64,000 nt of DNA. Source: a virus. Below are positions 46,036 to 56,765 of this stretch, in pieces. A program made the translations under genes and the position numbers. The notes under the pieces were generated by a model. The model saw only the letters and a program-made list of their open reading frames with translations. It did not search any database and was not told where the DNA came from. The stretch lies in the IMG/VR virus record IMGVR_UViG_3300045988_149624; one strand, written 5' to 3'. Every line of letters starts with the position of its first letter. Position 1 is the stretch's first letter.

Positions 46036-49000
46036 TTATGCTACTTCAAAATCTGTAATATAATAATCAACAATATTGTTTTTCTTTCTTTTCTTAGGGA
46101 TAAACCCATATAAATATAACACCTCTCCCATTACAAATGGGCATTGGTTATATAATTGCTTATCCATTTTAAATATTTTTGCATTTCCACTATAGAAACA
46201 AAACAATTCAACTTCAATATTATATTTAAAGATTTTTAAATCAGATATAAAACAAGCATTTTTATCCATTTGTTTATAAGCTACTTTGTTAAATCCACCT
46301 GTATATTCTATTTCGTTTTTTATTAATTCTATAACATCATCTTCTACATCTTCTAAAGATAATTCTACATCTCTTATGAATGAATGATAGTCCATATTTA
46401 AGACTTTGGCAGTCTCTTTAGTTGCATTTCTTTCTGCTAATTCCTTATAAGTCATATATAATTCAATATCTTTAGTTTTAGACATTGTTTTTTTATTACC
46501 TTTATCTTTATATAATTCAAATACTTTAAGAAGTTTGCTTATACAACCAAATTCAGAAAAATATCCTAATTTAATTAAAATTTCAAGACATCTATTACCT
46601 ATTTCTTTAGTATCAAATAATACATCTGTAAAGGTTTCGTATTTTTTACTTTGACTTAATTCATATAATATATTAGCTTTTTGTCCATTTAGATATTTAA
46701 TAGAGCCGACACCTTTATATATTGTATTAGTTTCTTTATTGAAGAAATATTCTGCTTTAGAATACCCAAATTTAGGAGATTGTAATTTAATACCAAGTAA
46801 CTTTGCTAATTTTTCTCCATTAACAAAGTCTTCATTATTGGCTGCATTATTTAAGTAGGCACAAGTAAACTCTAGTGGATAATAATATCTTAAATAAGCA
46901 CAGTAATATCCTATCATAGAATACCCTGTAGCATGATTTTTACCAAATTGATAGTTGGCTGAATCTTCTATTATTTGTAAAAATTCTTGTGCTTCTTTTT
47001 CAGCTACATCTCTTGGTTTATTTGATTTAGAACAATATCCTTCTAATATTTGTGGCATAGCTTTTTCTAGTCTATCTCTTTGTTTTCTTCCTATCGCCCT
47101 TCTTATATTATCTGCATCTGACCCACTTAAACCACATATATCTTGAAGAAACGCTATGGTGTCTTCTTGAAAAACAAGATATCCATTATTTTGTTTTAAT
47201 AAATTATCTATGATTTCAGATGGGTTTTTGTTAGGAATTCCTGCAATTAAATTATCTCTATAACTTTCACCACTAGGACGAAGACTTGCATTAACTAGAT
47301 TCATGTCATTTATTCTATGAGGATTAAATTGTCTTAATAATTTATTAGCATAATCACTTTCAAATTGAAATATACCATAGGGATATTTAACCATGTCTTC
47401 CCATACATTATCATCATTAAAATCTATATTATATGACTTAGGATATGGAATATTTGCATATTCACAGCAATCTTTTATTATTCCAATATTTTTTAATCCT
47501 AAAATATCATATTTTACTAAAGATACTTCATGAACTTCTTCCATGTCAATTTGTAATATCTTCATTCCGTCCTTCCAAAACGTACCATAATTATCTGTCA
47601 AGGTTACTGGACTTGCTACAATACCCGCAGGATGAACTGATTGAGATACAACTGAATTTAAAATTCCATCAAAGTAATAAAATAACTCACTATATTTCAA
47701 CCTTGTTTCTTCGGGATTTTCTTCATATTCTTCTTTTATTATCTTTACTTGGTCTAAAGAATATGGAGATTCTAAACCCTTGTCTTTATATTTTTTATCT
47801 AAGGCTCTGCCTATATCATCTATTGTCCCTTTATCTGATACAGTTCCTATAGATAATATATATGCCGTTTTCTCTTGTCCAAATCTGTTAATTATATAAT
47901 TATAAACAAGCTCCCTTTGATCAGGTGAGAAATCTACATCTATATCCCCAATTTCTAACCTATCTTCATTTGCAAATCTTGAGAATATAGTTCCCCATCT
48001 AATTGGGTCAACATCTGTAATACCTATTATATAAGCTAATGTACTTCCTCCGACCGACCCTCTGCAAGGGCAAGTCGGGATATTATTTTTTTCACACCAC
48101 TCCATCATTTCGCTCATAAACAACATAAATGATATCATATTAAGTTTTTTAAATACTCTTAATTCTTCTTTTAAATTTTCCTTATACTTTTCATTGTTTC
48201 CATCAATTATTCCTCTATCTACTTTATCTTTATACATTTTTTCAATTCTATCTATCAAAGTTTTTTCATCATCTTTACTAAGTATAGGATATTTAAAAGA
48301 TGTATCTAGCTTAATTTCTTCACACATATCTGCTATTTTATTAGTATTTTCTATCGCTTCTAATACTACATCCATAGGTAAACAATTTTGTTCTTTAAAC
48401 ATTTTTACTAATTCTTCATAGCTTTTAAATGTTAAATCAAAAGTGTCTTCATTAGAAAATGTTATATTTTTAGATAATTGTCTAATATATCTGCATTCAG
48501 CTTTATATTCATTTATACTATGTGTATCTGTTCCTACTATAAGAGGCTTGTTGTATTTTTTTGATAATTTATATAGTTTTCTATTAAATTCTTTTTGTTC
48601 TTCACAATTATGATATTGTATTTCAAAAAAGTCATAATGTTTTGCTAACTTATCATAATATGGGTTACCTTCGTCAAGTTTCTGTAAAGGACTCGCCAAA
48701 CAGGCTGATGTTTTTATTATATTATCAGATATATTTAAAAATTCATCAAATGAGATTCTATTTTTATAATATACATGAGAAGGATGAGTTGATAAGTCTA
48801 ATAAAGTATGCAATTCTTTTAATCCTTCTTGATTTTTTGCTAATAATACAGTGTGGTAATTATCTCTTATTTTTTCATCTAGCGTTTCAGTTAAATATAC
48901 TTCGCACCCATGAATATATTTAATTCCTTTTTCTTTACAATATAAAAACCTTTCTATCCATTTATAAACATTTCCGTGATTAGTACAAGCAATAGCCTTC

Positions 49001-49101
49001 ATATTATATTCAACTGCCTTATCAACATATTCTTTAAAGTCTGTTACGCTATCTAATAAAGATAATTGGTCGTGTATATGATATGGAACATAATTATTCA
49101 T
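46036..49101 (-). CDS. dnaE: DNA polymerase III alpha-type replicative polymerase (PHP plus Pol IIIA core)
   Basis: YVPYHIHDQLSLLDS (PHP). RGSVGGSTLAYIIGITDVDP. IGDIDVDF. GIFQFES. Confidence 0.85.
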   Translation of the reverse strand: MNNYVPYHIHDQLSLLDSVTDFKEYVDKAVEYNMKAIACTNHGNVYKWIERFLYCKEKGIKYIHGCEVYLTETLDEKIRDNYHTVLLAKNQEGLKELHTLLDLSTHPSHVYYKNRISFDEFLNISDNIIKTSACLASPLQKLDEGNPYYDKLAKHYDFFEIQYHNCEEQKEFNRKLYKLSKKYNKPLIVGTDTHSINEYKAECRYIRQLSKNITFSNEDTFDLTFKSYEELVKMFKEQNCLPMDVVLEAIENTNKIADMCEEIKLDTSFKYPILSKDDEKTLIDRIEKMYKDKVDRGIIDGNNEKYKENLKEELRVFKKLNMISFMLFMSEMMEWCEKNNIPTCPCRGSVGGSTLAYIIGITDVDPIRWGTIFSRFANEDRLEIGDIDVDFSPDQRELVYNYIINRFGQEKTAYILSIGTVSDKGTIDDIGRALDKKYKDKGLESPYSLDQVKIIKEEYEENPEETRLKYSELFYYFDGILNSVVSQSVHPAGIVASPVTLTDNYGTFWKDGMKILQIDMEEVHEVSLVKYDILGLKNIGIIKDCCEYANIPYPKSYNIDFNDDNVWEDMVKYPYGIFQFESDYANKLLRQFNPHRINDMNLVNASLRPSGESYRDNLIAGIPNKNPSEIIDNLLKQNNGYLVFQEDTIAFLQDICGLSGSDADNIRRAIGRKQRDRLEKAMPQILEGYCSKSNKPRDVAEKEAQEFLQIIEDSANYQFGKNHATGYSMIGYYCAYLRYYYPLEFTCAYLNNAANNEDFVNGEKLAKLLGIKLQSPKFGYSKAEYFFNKETNTIYKGVGSIKYLNGQKANILYELSQSKKYETFTDVLFDTKEIGNRCLEILIKLGYFSEFGCISKLLKVFELYKDKGNKKTMSKTKDIELYMTYKELAERNATKETAKVLNMDYHSFIRDVELSLEDVEDDVIELIKNEIEYTGGFNKVAYKQMDKNACFISDLKIFKYNIEVELFCFYSGNAKIFKMDKQLYNQCPFVMGEVLYLYGFIPKKRKKNNIVDYYITDFEVA

Positions 49102-49116
49102 GTAACCACTCCTATC

Positions 49117-49710
49117 TTATTTCTCTAATGCTTTTATCTCTGTTCCTAAAGACATTAAAAGTTGCATTGTTTTTATTAAATCATCTGCTTCTTCAAAACT
49201 ATAAATTCTTCTTTCATCTTGAATCCCTTTATTATGTTGTGCCGTCATTAATAAATCCATTCCATATGGGTTATGTAAACTCCATTTTTCGAGATTGTCT
49301 AAATTATCATCAATTAAAACATCTCCACTTATAACATATTTTTCTTTGCAAGGTATAAAATGAGATAAATCAAATTTTGGAATATAAGTTTTTAACCATT
49401 TAAGCTTATCTCTGTAGGACTGATAACGATTACAACAATCTGATACTATAAATACATCATATCCCTCATCAATCCATTTATTTATATACTCTATACTATC
49501 TAACTTGGGGGTAATCATAGTTAAAATATTTGTTAATTCAAGTACTGAAAATAATCCATATTCAAAACTACTAGGTATAACCCATTCAGTAACTTCATCT
49601 ATTGAATGACTTGTTCCGTATGTTTTATTATATTCATTAATGACTTCTTCTAAGAAATTAGTTATTGTATCATCCATATCAATTAAAATTCTAAATTTTT
49701 TATTTTCCAT
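49117..49710 (-). CDS. 5'(3')-deoxyribonucleotidase (HAD/NT5C family)
   Basis: RILIDMDDTITNF (DxDxT), and VSDC / IDDN further downstream. Confidence 0.65.
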   Translation of the reverse strand: MENKKFRILIDMDDTITNFLEEVINEYNKTYGTSHSIDEVTEWVIPSSFEYGLFSVLELTNILTMITPKLDSIEYINKWIDEGYDVFIVSDCCNRYQSYRDKLKWLKTYIPKFDLSHFIPCKEKYVISGDVLIDDNLDNLEKWSLHNPYGMDLLMTAQHNKGIQDERRIYSFEEADDLIKTMQLLMSLGTEIKALEK

Positions 49711-49741
49711 ATTTTTTCTCCTCTCCTGTTTCTATATTTAT

Positions 49742-49770
49742 ATTATACCATATTATAACAATGTTGTCAA
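49742..49770 (-). promoter_or_regulatory. Conserved early promoter P6
   Basis: TTGACA, 17 nt spacer, TATAAT on the minus strand. Confidence 0.75.
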
Positions 49771-49775
49771 GTACT

Positions 49776-51470
49776 TTATTTAATTTTTTCCCAATCTTTA
49801 ATAATAATTTTTCTTCCAAATTTATATCTAAATTCTACTAAAGCATCTAAAGTAACATAATCATTATCTTGTTTTTCTTCTACTAATTCCTCAAATGCTT
49901 TTTTGCTACAGAAATATTTAGTTATTTTTATATCTTTATTTTCAAACTCATAAGTACTATTACCTATCTTTTTAATATCTCCTACTTTAAACATAGCATT
50001 TTTAATTAGGTATAGAGGTGGCTTAATATCATGACTCCATAAGTTTTCATAACTAACTATCTTTTTAACATCATCTTTAGGAACAAATTCATCATAAATT
50101 TTTTCCACATTGATACTTTTTTCTTTTATGGTAATATTGTCATTAACATATTTTAAAAATTCTTCTACTTTTCCTTCCTCAATACTAAAACCAAAACTAT
50201 TATCATGACCTTTTGTATATTCAAATAATCCTGTTCTTTCACATATATCCTTGAAATCCATTTCTCCATATCCTCTAGCACTACCACTTATAAATCCATT
50301 CTTATCAATACTTCCAAGCAATATAGGTCTTTCATAATAATCTAATAATTGATTACAGGTTAATCCTCTTAAAGATTTATCTATCTTTTTCTCTCTGTCT
50401 ATATATATGATAACAGTGTTATTTTGAGAACCTTCTTCCTCAATTTCTTTTTTAATCATTTCTGCTATTTTAACTTTTCCTTCTTTTTGTTTCTTTTGAA
50501 GGTTAGCACCAATTAATCTAGCTTTAGAGGGATAAGATATTGCCTTCCCTCTATGTGCTATTAAATCATTAACACCTATTAAGGCGTTAAACAGATTTTC
50601 TTTATCTTCTTTTTTTCCTATTCTAATAGTAGCATTTATAATGGGAGCTATAGAAAACCCAAAATCTTCAATAGAAAACCTATCTTTTTTACTTTTCTTC
50701 ATGCTTCTAGCCATTTCTGTTAAAAAAGGATTGGTTATATTATCTATTTTAGAACCAATATTTAAATAATATCTATTCTCATAAGAATATTTCATATCGC
50801 ACATATCAGATATTAATGAAGCCGCTACCAAATCTAAATATTTATTTCCTATTGCCCCTTCACAACATTCTACGAGTTCCTTGCAGAATTTATAACTAAC
50901 TCCACAACCACTTAAATAAATATTTTCAACACTTCCATCTTGATTGTTAATAAGTGCTACGTTTTCTTCTATCTCTTTTAGCTCTTCCCCTATTTCTATA
51001 ATATGGTGGTCTAAGATTAATACTTTGATACCTTTATCCGTAACCTGTTTTAAAGGTTCAAACTCAACACTTCCGCCATCAGGAATTATTAACAATTTAA
51101 TATCATTTTCAATTAAAGTATCTAAATTTTTAAGTTGAAAGCCATGCTCTCTTCCTTCGTTTAAAATAAATGTTACGTTTTCATATTCAAAGTCATCATA
51201 TATAACCTGATATACTAATGAACCCGAGAAATAACCGTCAGCATCCGAATCTACTTGTATTGATATATTTTCATCATTAGCCATAGCATTTAATAAGAAG
51301 TCAATACCTTTGTTTAAATTCTTATAATGCTCTACACTCTCTTCAAATTCTCCACTCGCTAAAAGTAAACTAAGGGCTTCTTTTTTAGTTAAATCTCTTA
51401 TTTCTAACATATTCTTTTCTACATCTTCTGAAAAACTGTTTAAAAATACCTTATTTCTTATATTTTTCAT
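49776..51470 (-). CDS. RecJ-like DHH-family ssDNA exonuclease
   Basis: DSDADGYFSG, IIPDGGS and VLILDHH motifs. Confidence 0.7.
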   Translation of the reverse strand: MKNIRNKVFLNSFSEDVEKNMLEIRDLTKKEALSLLLASGEFEESVEHYKNLNKGIDFLLNAMANDENISIQVDSDADGYFSGSLVYQVIYDDFEYENVTFILNEGREHGFQLKNLDTLIENDIKLLIIPDGGSVEFEPLKQVTDKGIKVLILDHHIIEIGEELKEIEENVALINNQDGSVENIYLSGCGVSYKFCKELVECCEGAIGNKYLDLVAASLISDMCDMKYSYENRYYLNIGSKIDNITNPFLTEMARSMKKSKKDRFSIEDFGFSIAPIINATIRIGKKEDKENLFNALIGVNDLIAHRGKAISYPSKARLIGANLQKKQKEGKVKIAEMIKKEIEEEGSQNNTVIIYIDREKKIDKSLRGLTCNQLLDYYERPILLGSIDKNGFISGSARGYGEMDFKDICERTGLFEYTKGHDNSFGFSIEEGKVEEFLKYVNDNITIKEKSINVEKIYDEFVPKDDVKKIVSYENLWSHDIKPPLYLIKNAMFKVGDIKKIGNSTYEFENKDIKITKYFCSKKAFEELVEEKQDNDYVTLDALVEFRYKFGRKIIIKDWEKIK

Positions 51471-51474
51471 TTAA

Positions 51475-51750
51475 TCACTCTCCATAATTTATCCCACGAT
51501 GTTTTTTTCTTAAATGATTTGCCCAACAAACATAACAAGATGCAACTTCTTCTTCATTTATTTCACACTCACATTCGGGGTTTTCTCCATTAAATTTATA
51601 TGCAGATATACAATAGCAACTATCTGCTATTAGTAAATATAATAAATCATCTAATTCATAAATTTTATGTTTATAATGACTAATTATTACCTTAAAGTAT
51701 TCATTTTCTTCCATTAATTGTCTGACATTTTTATCAATTATATTTTTCAT
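51475..51750 (-). CDS. Cys-rich small protein
   Basis: CYCISAYKFNGENPECECE..ASCYVCW. Confidence 0.55.
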   Translation of the reverse strand: MKNIIDKNVRQLMEENEYFKVIISHYKHKIYELDDLLYLLIADSCYCISAYKFNGENPECECEINEEEVASCYVCWANHLRKKHRGINYGE

Positions 51751-51773
51751 TTAATCACTCCTAAAATAGTTTT

Positions 51774-52013
51774 TTATTTCTTCTTTAAACTTATTTCTAA
51801 ATCTCTATTTTTATAATGGTTTAAAATATTTCTCTTTTCTAACAACTCTTCTATAGAACTATAATAAGATGTTGTAGTCTGACCTTCCATATTTATTAAA
51901 TAATAGTGATTATTACTATTATTTTTTATTATCATTCTAAATCCAAATCCACTAATTTCTAATAAATCTCCAACCTCATAAGGTTCTCTTTTACTATTTA
52001 TATTAACTTCCAT
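51774..52013 (-). CDS. Hypothetical protein
   Basis: GGAGG RBS. Confidence 0.55.
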   Translation of the reverse strand: MEVNINSKREPYEVGDLLEISGFGFRMIIKNNSNNHYYLINMEGQTTTSYYSSIEELLEKRNILNHYKNRDLEISLKKK

Positions 52014-52015
52014 AT

Positions 52016-52612
52016 TTATACCTCCTGTTTAGGCGAAACATTATAATTATCTAATACCCACGCCAATATACAAGATAAACTTCCATAGTAACCACATTCA
52101 GTCGCACATCTTTTACCCTTACAGTATTCTGCAAATTGGTTCTCTATATCTTCTATGTTTTCGTTTTTTACTTTTTTATTTTCTACTAATTTAGCATATT
52201 TCCAAGAGACTAAAATAGGATTATTTGAACGAGAAGTACTCCAAGAAGTCATTCCATTTGAAAAGGTTGTAACTTCTCCATTTATGAATCCAGCAAAGTA
52301 TCTTCTATTCCATTCTCCATTTTCGCCATTCTTTACTAAAACTTTTGTATCGACTGGTATTTTACTCCAATCTATTTCTTCTCTTTTCCATATTAATTTA
52401 TTATCACAATCATATATCTCCATAATATCCCATTTTTTATTGCTACTCCATTTAAAATCTTCATCATAATATTCTAACTCTTGATATAATTCTCTATGGT
52501 AACGTAATGTAATTATATCTGCTTTAACAAATACTTTATCATTTATTATATAAAATATTTCATCATCCCTGTTTTTATAACTCATACCATTTTTTAAATC
52601 TTCAAGTCTCAT
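52016..52612 (-). CDS. Hypothetical protein, paralog of 63375..63932
   Basis: DIMEIYDCDNKLIWKREEIDWSKIPVDTKVLV aligns with DIMKVFNEVGKLVWDREKE..TDWSKVELGTDVEF. Cys-rich C-terminus. Confidence 0.6.
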   Translation of the reverse strand: MRLEDLKNGMSYKNRDDEIFYIINDKVFVKADIITLRYHRELYQELEYYDEDFKWSSNKKWDIMEIYDCDNKLIWKREEIDWSKIPVDTKVLVKNGENGEWNRRYFAGFINGEVTTFSNGMTSWSTSRSNNPILVSWKYAKLVENKKVKNENIEDIENQFAEYCKGKRCATECGYYGSLSCILAWVLDNYNVSPKQEV

Positions 52613-52669
52613 ATTTATACCTCCATTCCATTCTTATTTATATGATTTAATTTATTTTTATTCATATTA

Positions 52670-53125
52670 TCATTCTCCTTTTATATCATCTATATGGATT
52701 ATGTGTATATTTGTGGGATTTTCTATACTTATATATCTAGCGTAACCATAATACCATTCTGTATCAAAATCATATAATTCTATATTTTCTCCATCTTTAA
52801 AATCCAATATAGTATAAATTCTATTTTCATTTCTTTTATATTTTCCGATAACAGGAAATTCATCTTTAATATACATTTTTCTCTCTTTAGGCTTGTACTC
52901 TAAAGCCTTTTCCCAACATTTTTTACAATCTGAATCACAATAATCATCTTTACTTATAATAGGACAATTATTCCCTACATTCTCTATAAGTTTTTTAAAA
53001 GATATTTTACCTTCAAAATAAAGTTTTAAATTTATATATTGATTAATTACATCAGATATATATTCTAAATCATCTTTAACCGTAAAAACTATGTTTTCAT
53101 ATTCCTCTAATAAAATTTTATTCAT
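52670..53125 (-). CDS. Hypothetical protein with DYCDSDCKKCW motif
   Basis: RBS GAGGTAG. Overlaps the primase stop. Confidence 0.55.
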   Translation of the reverse strand: MNKILLEEYENIVFTVKDDLEYISDVINQYINLKLYFEGKISFKKLIENVGNNCPIISKDDYCDSDCKKCWEKALEYKPKERKMYIKDEFPVIGKYKRNENRIYTILDFKDGENIELYDFDTEWYYGYARYISIENPTNIHIIHIDDIKGE

Positions 53126-54195
53126 ATTACTACCTCAAAGTCCTTAAAATCTATTCTATCATTAAACAATTCTAAATATATTTCTTTACCTTTATCGGTA
53201 GGAGAATCTTTATAGTCTAATAATCCATTCTCTAAAGAATCCCATATAACCGATACTTTTACACTAGGGGGAATTCTATAAGCTAATTTCATTATTTTAG
53301 CTCTCCACTGCAACTCTTCTTGTTTATTCTCATATTGCTTATCGAATGCAAATACTATTTCTTCAACTCCTAAAGATATAAGCATTTTAATTTGTTCATA
53401 ACTTAAATTAGAACCACATACTGCAACAGAATTATTATCTTTAAGATAACTATTAAGTTGCATAGTCCCCTTTTCTCCTTCGAAAAGTACTGCCACTTTC
53501 ATTTTTTTTATTGATTCTTTATTCTGCCAATAACCATACAAATTATACTTCAAGCTATGAGAATACATTTGTCCTTTAAAATAAAATGGAACGTATTTAC
53601 CAAATTTTTCTGCAACTTCTTTATCTAAATTCCTAACTCTTACCCCTACAATTTCTCCTGTGTCCCAAGCAAAATGAGGAATAATAATTTTTTCTCCTAT
53701 TTCGTCATACCTTATATCATATTTTTTTAATGTTCTGAAAGTTATTCCTTCATCCTCCCACATAGGCAATCTTTTAATAGGAAATCTTCTATAAGCAAAC
53801 GGCTTCTTTTGTTTAGGTAAGGACGGAACTTCAAGTTTATCTATATCTATTTCTCTTCTTTGTGGTCGATTTCTTGATTTTCTACCAACTCCATGTCTGT
53901 GATACTTACCATTAACACCAAAGTAAGAATTTATTATATTCATAGCCTCTTTAAAGTCGCATTCTTTAATTTTCATAGTTAAATCAGCTAAACTATTAAT
54001 TGCACCACAGTGAGAGAAGCAATAAAAATTATGAGTATCTTCGTTATAATATAATTTAGGGGAAGTGCTACCATGACAAAATGATTCAAATATAGCGTTA
54101 TTATTATAACCTTCACGAGTTACACATTTACCTTGAAGAATTTCCTCCACAAAATTTATTACTTGGTCTTTATTTAAATCTTGTAAGATACTCAT
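53122..54195 (-). CDS. dnaG: DNA primase (CHC2 zinc finger plus Toprim)
   Basis: FCHGSTSPKLYYNEDTHNFYCFSHCGA. VLFEGEKG (Toprim E). Confidence 0.75.
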   Translation of the reverse strand: MSILQDLNKDQVINFVEEILQGKCVTREGYNNNAIFESFCHGSTSPKLYYNEDTHNFYCFSHCGAINSLADLTMKIKECDFKEAMNIINSYFGVNGKYHRHGVGRKSRNRPQRREIDIDKLEVPSLPKQKKPFAYRRFPIKRLPMWEDEGITFRTLKKYDIRYDEIGEKIIIPHFAWDTGEIVGVRVRNLDKEVAEKFGKYVPFYFKGQMYSHSLKYNLYGYWQNKESIKKMKVAVLFEGEKGTMQLNSYLKDNNSVAVCGSNLSYEQIKMLISLGVEEIVFAFDKQYENKQEELQWRAKIMKLAYRIPPSVKVSVIWDSLENGLLDYKDSPTDKGKEIYLELFNDRIDFKDFEVVI

Positions 54196-54209
54196 AACTT
54201 TCTCCTTTC

Positions 54210-54419
54210 TTATACTATTTCTTCAACCAATCTTTTGAGTTCATTAAAATTTTTTTCTATACAGTCTATATCCATTTGTATAATACATTCTTCATTTATC
54301 TCGTTTAAGCAATAATCACAAGAGTAGAATACTCTCATATAACAATTTTCAATGTCTACAAGTTTAATAGTTTCTTTTTTTAACTTCTCAAGATTGTCTA
54401 ATATTTCATTTTTATTCAT
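54210..54419 (-). CDS. Cys-rich small protein
   Basis: GGAGGG RBS. CYMRVFYSCDYC...EEC..DIDC. Confidence 0.55.
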   Translation of the reverse strand: MNKNEILDNLEKLKKETIKLVDIENCYMRVFYSCDYCLNEINEECIIQMDIDCIEKNFNELKRLVEEIV

Positions 54420-54433
54420 ATTATCCCTCCATT

Positions 54434-54517
54434 TTAAGAATCACCTTTAAAAATGATTTTCTCAATTATAAATAATATTAAATAGACCACTAATAAAATG
54501 CATATTAAACCTATCAC
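54434..54517 (-). CDS. Hydrophobic micro-protein, 27 aa (not in the ORF track)
   Basis: GTG start at the same spacing from GGTGATGAT as the ATG starts in other promoter cassettes. (M)IGLICILLVVYLILFIIEKIIFKGDS. Confidence 0.35.
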   Translation of the reverse strand: MIGLICILLVVYLILFIIEKIIFKGDS

Positions 54518-54545
54518 ATCATCACCTTTTCTTTATTATACTTAT

Positions 54546-54574
54546 ATTATATCACACTTTAATAATGTTGTCAA
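54546..54574 (-). promoter_or_regulatory. Conserved early promoter P7
   Basis: TTGACA, 17 nt spacer, TATAAT on the minus strand. Confidence 0.75.
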
Positions 54575-54580
54575 GTACTT

Positions 54581-56200
54581 TTAGTAAAATAATCCTGTAT
54601 AAACGTTATCTACATATGCAACATCTTTAATTCTACCATAGTCTCCGTTGAATTCTTGCAAAATAATTATATTTGAATCACTGGCTTCCCTACACTTATC
54701 TAAGAAAGCCAATATATAATGTTTATTTTTATCTAGTGTAAGTTCATCATCAAAATCTCCTTCTAATCTTCTTCTAGTAGGAGCAGTTTTATCTACTATC
54801 TTAAAATATTTTTTCTTAAAGTTGCCATTCCTATCTTTTCTCCAAACATACGGCTTTAAAAACATTCTATCATCTTCTTCGTCTAATTCTTTTGGATTTA
54901 CTTTCCTAGTTAATAAAAGAAGTCCTGCAACATCTTTAACGTGTTTTGACCCTGCTAGTAAACTAGATGTTAAGAAACTTGCTTTGCCAGTCATAGAACC
55001 CATAAGTTGCATAGGTAATAATATTTTACAATTCATTTCTTTTCCAAATTTATCTAAGGCAACTGAATTAGCCATTAATTCTTTAACACTATCCTCTTGT
55101 GATTCGGCTTTAAACGTTTCTACAATTAATGTTGAGAAACCTTCTGCTAGAATTAACTTCTTAGCCTCTCTCATTATTTTATCAACAGAAAACTCACTAA
55201 CACTATAAAATGCAATAGTATCTTTATATCTTTCTTTAATAAATTTATTGGCTTTTAAAAAAACTTTCTTTTCTTCATCGTTAAAATTAAAATGTTTAAT
55301 CTTTGTTCTATTTAATGTGAAACAACCAAATACATATGCAGAAATATAAGATAATAACATTGTTCTAAAATATTTAATCTGTTGTTCATTACTTACTAGA
55401 ATTACTTTTTCTCCATTCTCTACAAGGGACATAGCGATATTTGTTATAAGCGTAGTTTTTCCGACTCCACTAAAAGCTCCAAATATAGCTACACCATTTC
55501 CGCTACTTAATCCATCAGTACTTTTACTAAGAAGTGGAAAATTCTTATGATATTTAAACTCTCCATTTTCTGTCTCCCAAGTTAAAGTAGTATCATAATA
55601 AGTTGTGTCATCATCTACTTCTCCTTCTTCAATTTGCTCAAGTTCTTCATCAGAATAAAATAAATATTCTCTTATCATATCTGTTGCAACACTTCTTACA
55701 TTTACACTTGATAACTGCATATCAAAGAAATCTAAAACTTGTTGACTGCTCATAGAAGTAAATTTATCGGCAGGTACAATTTTCTTATCTCCTACCAATA
55801 TCTCCTTATTTATATCAATAGCTAACTTCTCTGAAACTTCTTCTATTAGATTATATTTGATTACTTCATCCAAATGTGAATAGAAATTTTCTACATTGGC
55901 TAACTCCTTAATCTTTTTAAACTCTTTTGCTCCTCCATAGTCCTCAAAATCTTGAGTTAATGCTTCTGAAAGTTTAAGGAAATTAATAACAGTAAATTCA
56001 TTAACTTCCCTATATCTTGTAGATAATTCAGAAACTAATTTAAAATAAAATTTATTCTTAGGAGTAGAAAAATCATCTTCTATTAAGGGTGTTTCACTTA
56101 TTAAACTTAAATCTTGAAGAAGGCATGATATTAACATTTTTTCAGCAATCTCTTTTTGTTCATTCATTACTTCACATTCTACATCTAATGTTCTCGCCAT
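54581..56200 (-). CDS. dnaB: Replicative DNA helicase (DnaB-like)
   Basis: Walker A GAFSGVGKTTL. RecA-like core (ILVSNEQ, LIVETFK). Adjacent to primase. Confidence 0.75.
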   Translation of the reverse strand: MARTLDVECEVMNEQKEIAEKMLISCLLQDLSLISETPLIEDDFSTPKNKFYFKLVSELSTRYREVNEFTVINFLKLSEALTQDFEDYGGAKEFKKIKELANVENFYSHLDEVIKYNLIEEVSEKLAIDINKEILVGDKKIVPADKFTSMSSQQVLDFFDMQLSSVNVRSVATDMIREYLFYSDEELEQIEEGEVDDDTTYYDTTLTWETENGEFKYHKNFPLLSKSTDGLSSGNGVAIFGAFSGVGKTTLITNIAMSLVENGEKVILVSNEQQIKYFRTMLLSYISAYVFGCFTLNRTKIKHFNFNDEEKKVFLKANKFIKERYKDTIAFYSVSEFSVDKIMREAKKLILAEGFSTLIVETFKAESQEDSVKELMANSVALDKFGKEMNCKILLPMQLMGSMTGKASFLTSSLLAGSKHVKDVAGLLLLTRKVNPKELDEEDDRMFLKPYVWRKDRNGNFKKKYFKIVDKTAPTRRRLEGDFDDELTLDKNKHYILAFLDKCREASDSNIIILQEFNGDYGRIKDVAYVDNVYTGLFY

Positions 56201-56212
56201 TTAATCACCACC

Positions 56213-56755
56213 TTATAGAATATCCATTAAACCTCTTTTTACTTTCTTTCTTTTAACAATAGGTTTTTTAACTTCTGTGTCTACTTCTATATTAGCACCG
56301 ATATCTTCATACTCTGTTGTATCTTTAGTTGGTTTACCTGATCTACTAAAATAATCTTTTATCTCTGAACGTATAATTGCAAATATATATAAAATCTTTT
56401 GATACTCATTCATATCTCCGTTGACCAATTTCTTGTCTAAAGACTCTTTTATATATTCTCCTTTATCTAAAAGAAATTTATTTACCTGTCTCCTAGAATA
56501 TCCTACATCGTATATTTTTGCAAATTCTTTATTTTTTGTATTATTAATACAGGTATATCCTATAATCTTGTCAAAAAGAATTTGATTTTCTCTAAGCAAC
56601 TCTGTATTCTTTTCATGTTCTCTATATTCTTCTTCTGAACAATAATATTGATTTTTCTTTTTACCATTTTTATCTATCTTAGGGAAATTAAACGCTACAT
56701 CTGTTGTTAAAGGTTTCCCACATAATTTACATTTACATTTATAAACTCGAGCCAT
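56213..56755 (-). CDS. Hypothetical protein with N-terminal Zn-ribbon (possible helicase loader, by position only)
   Basis: CKCKLCGK...YYCSEEEY. Immediately upstream of the helicase gene. Confidence 0.5.
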   Translation of the reverse strand: MARVYKCKCKLCGKPLTTDVAFNFPKIDKNGKKKNQYYCSEEEYREHEKNTELLRENQILFDKIIGYTCINNTKNKEFAKIYDVGYSRRQVNKFLLDKGEYIKESLDKKLVNGDMNEYQKILYIFAIIRSEIKDYFSRSGKPTKDTTEYEDIGANIEVDTEVKKPIVKRKKVKRGLMDIL

Positions 56756-56765
56756 ATAACCCCTC

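Noticed and set aside
44401-48923. + strand ORFs inside the MBL nuclease and Pol III alpha genes (44401, 45040, 45379, 45589, 46955, 47445, 48194, 48642; also 49083, 50944, 52155, 54822, 57341, 40350, 41212, 39900, 34871, 36487)
   Set aside because: They are antisense to strongly supported minus-strand genes and have no translation signals.
40674-49101. Inteins or additional introns in nrdD and the Pol III alpha gene
   Set aside because: Both ORFs are continuous, of normal length, and their conserved motifs are in the expected order. No endonuclease-like insertion is present.
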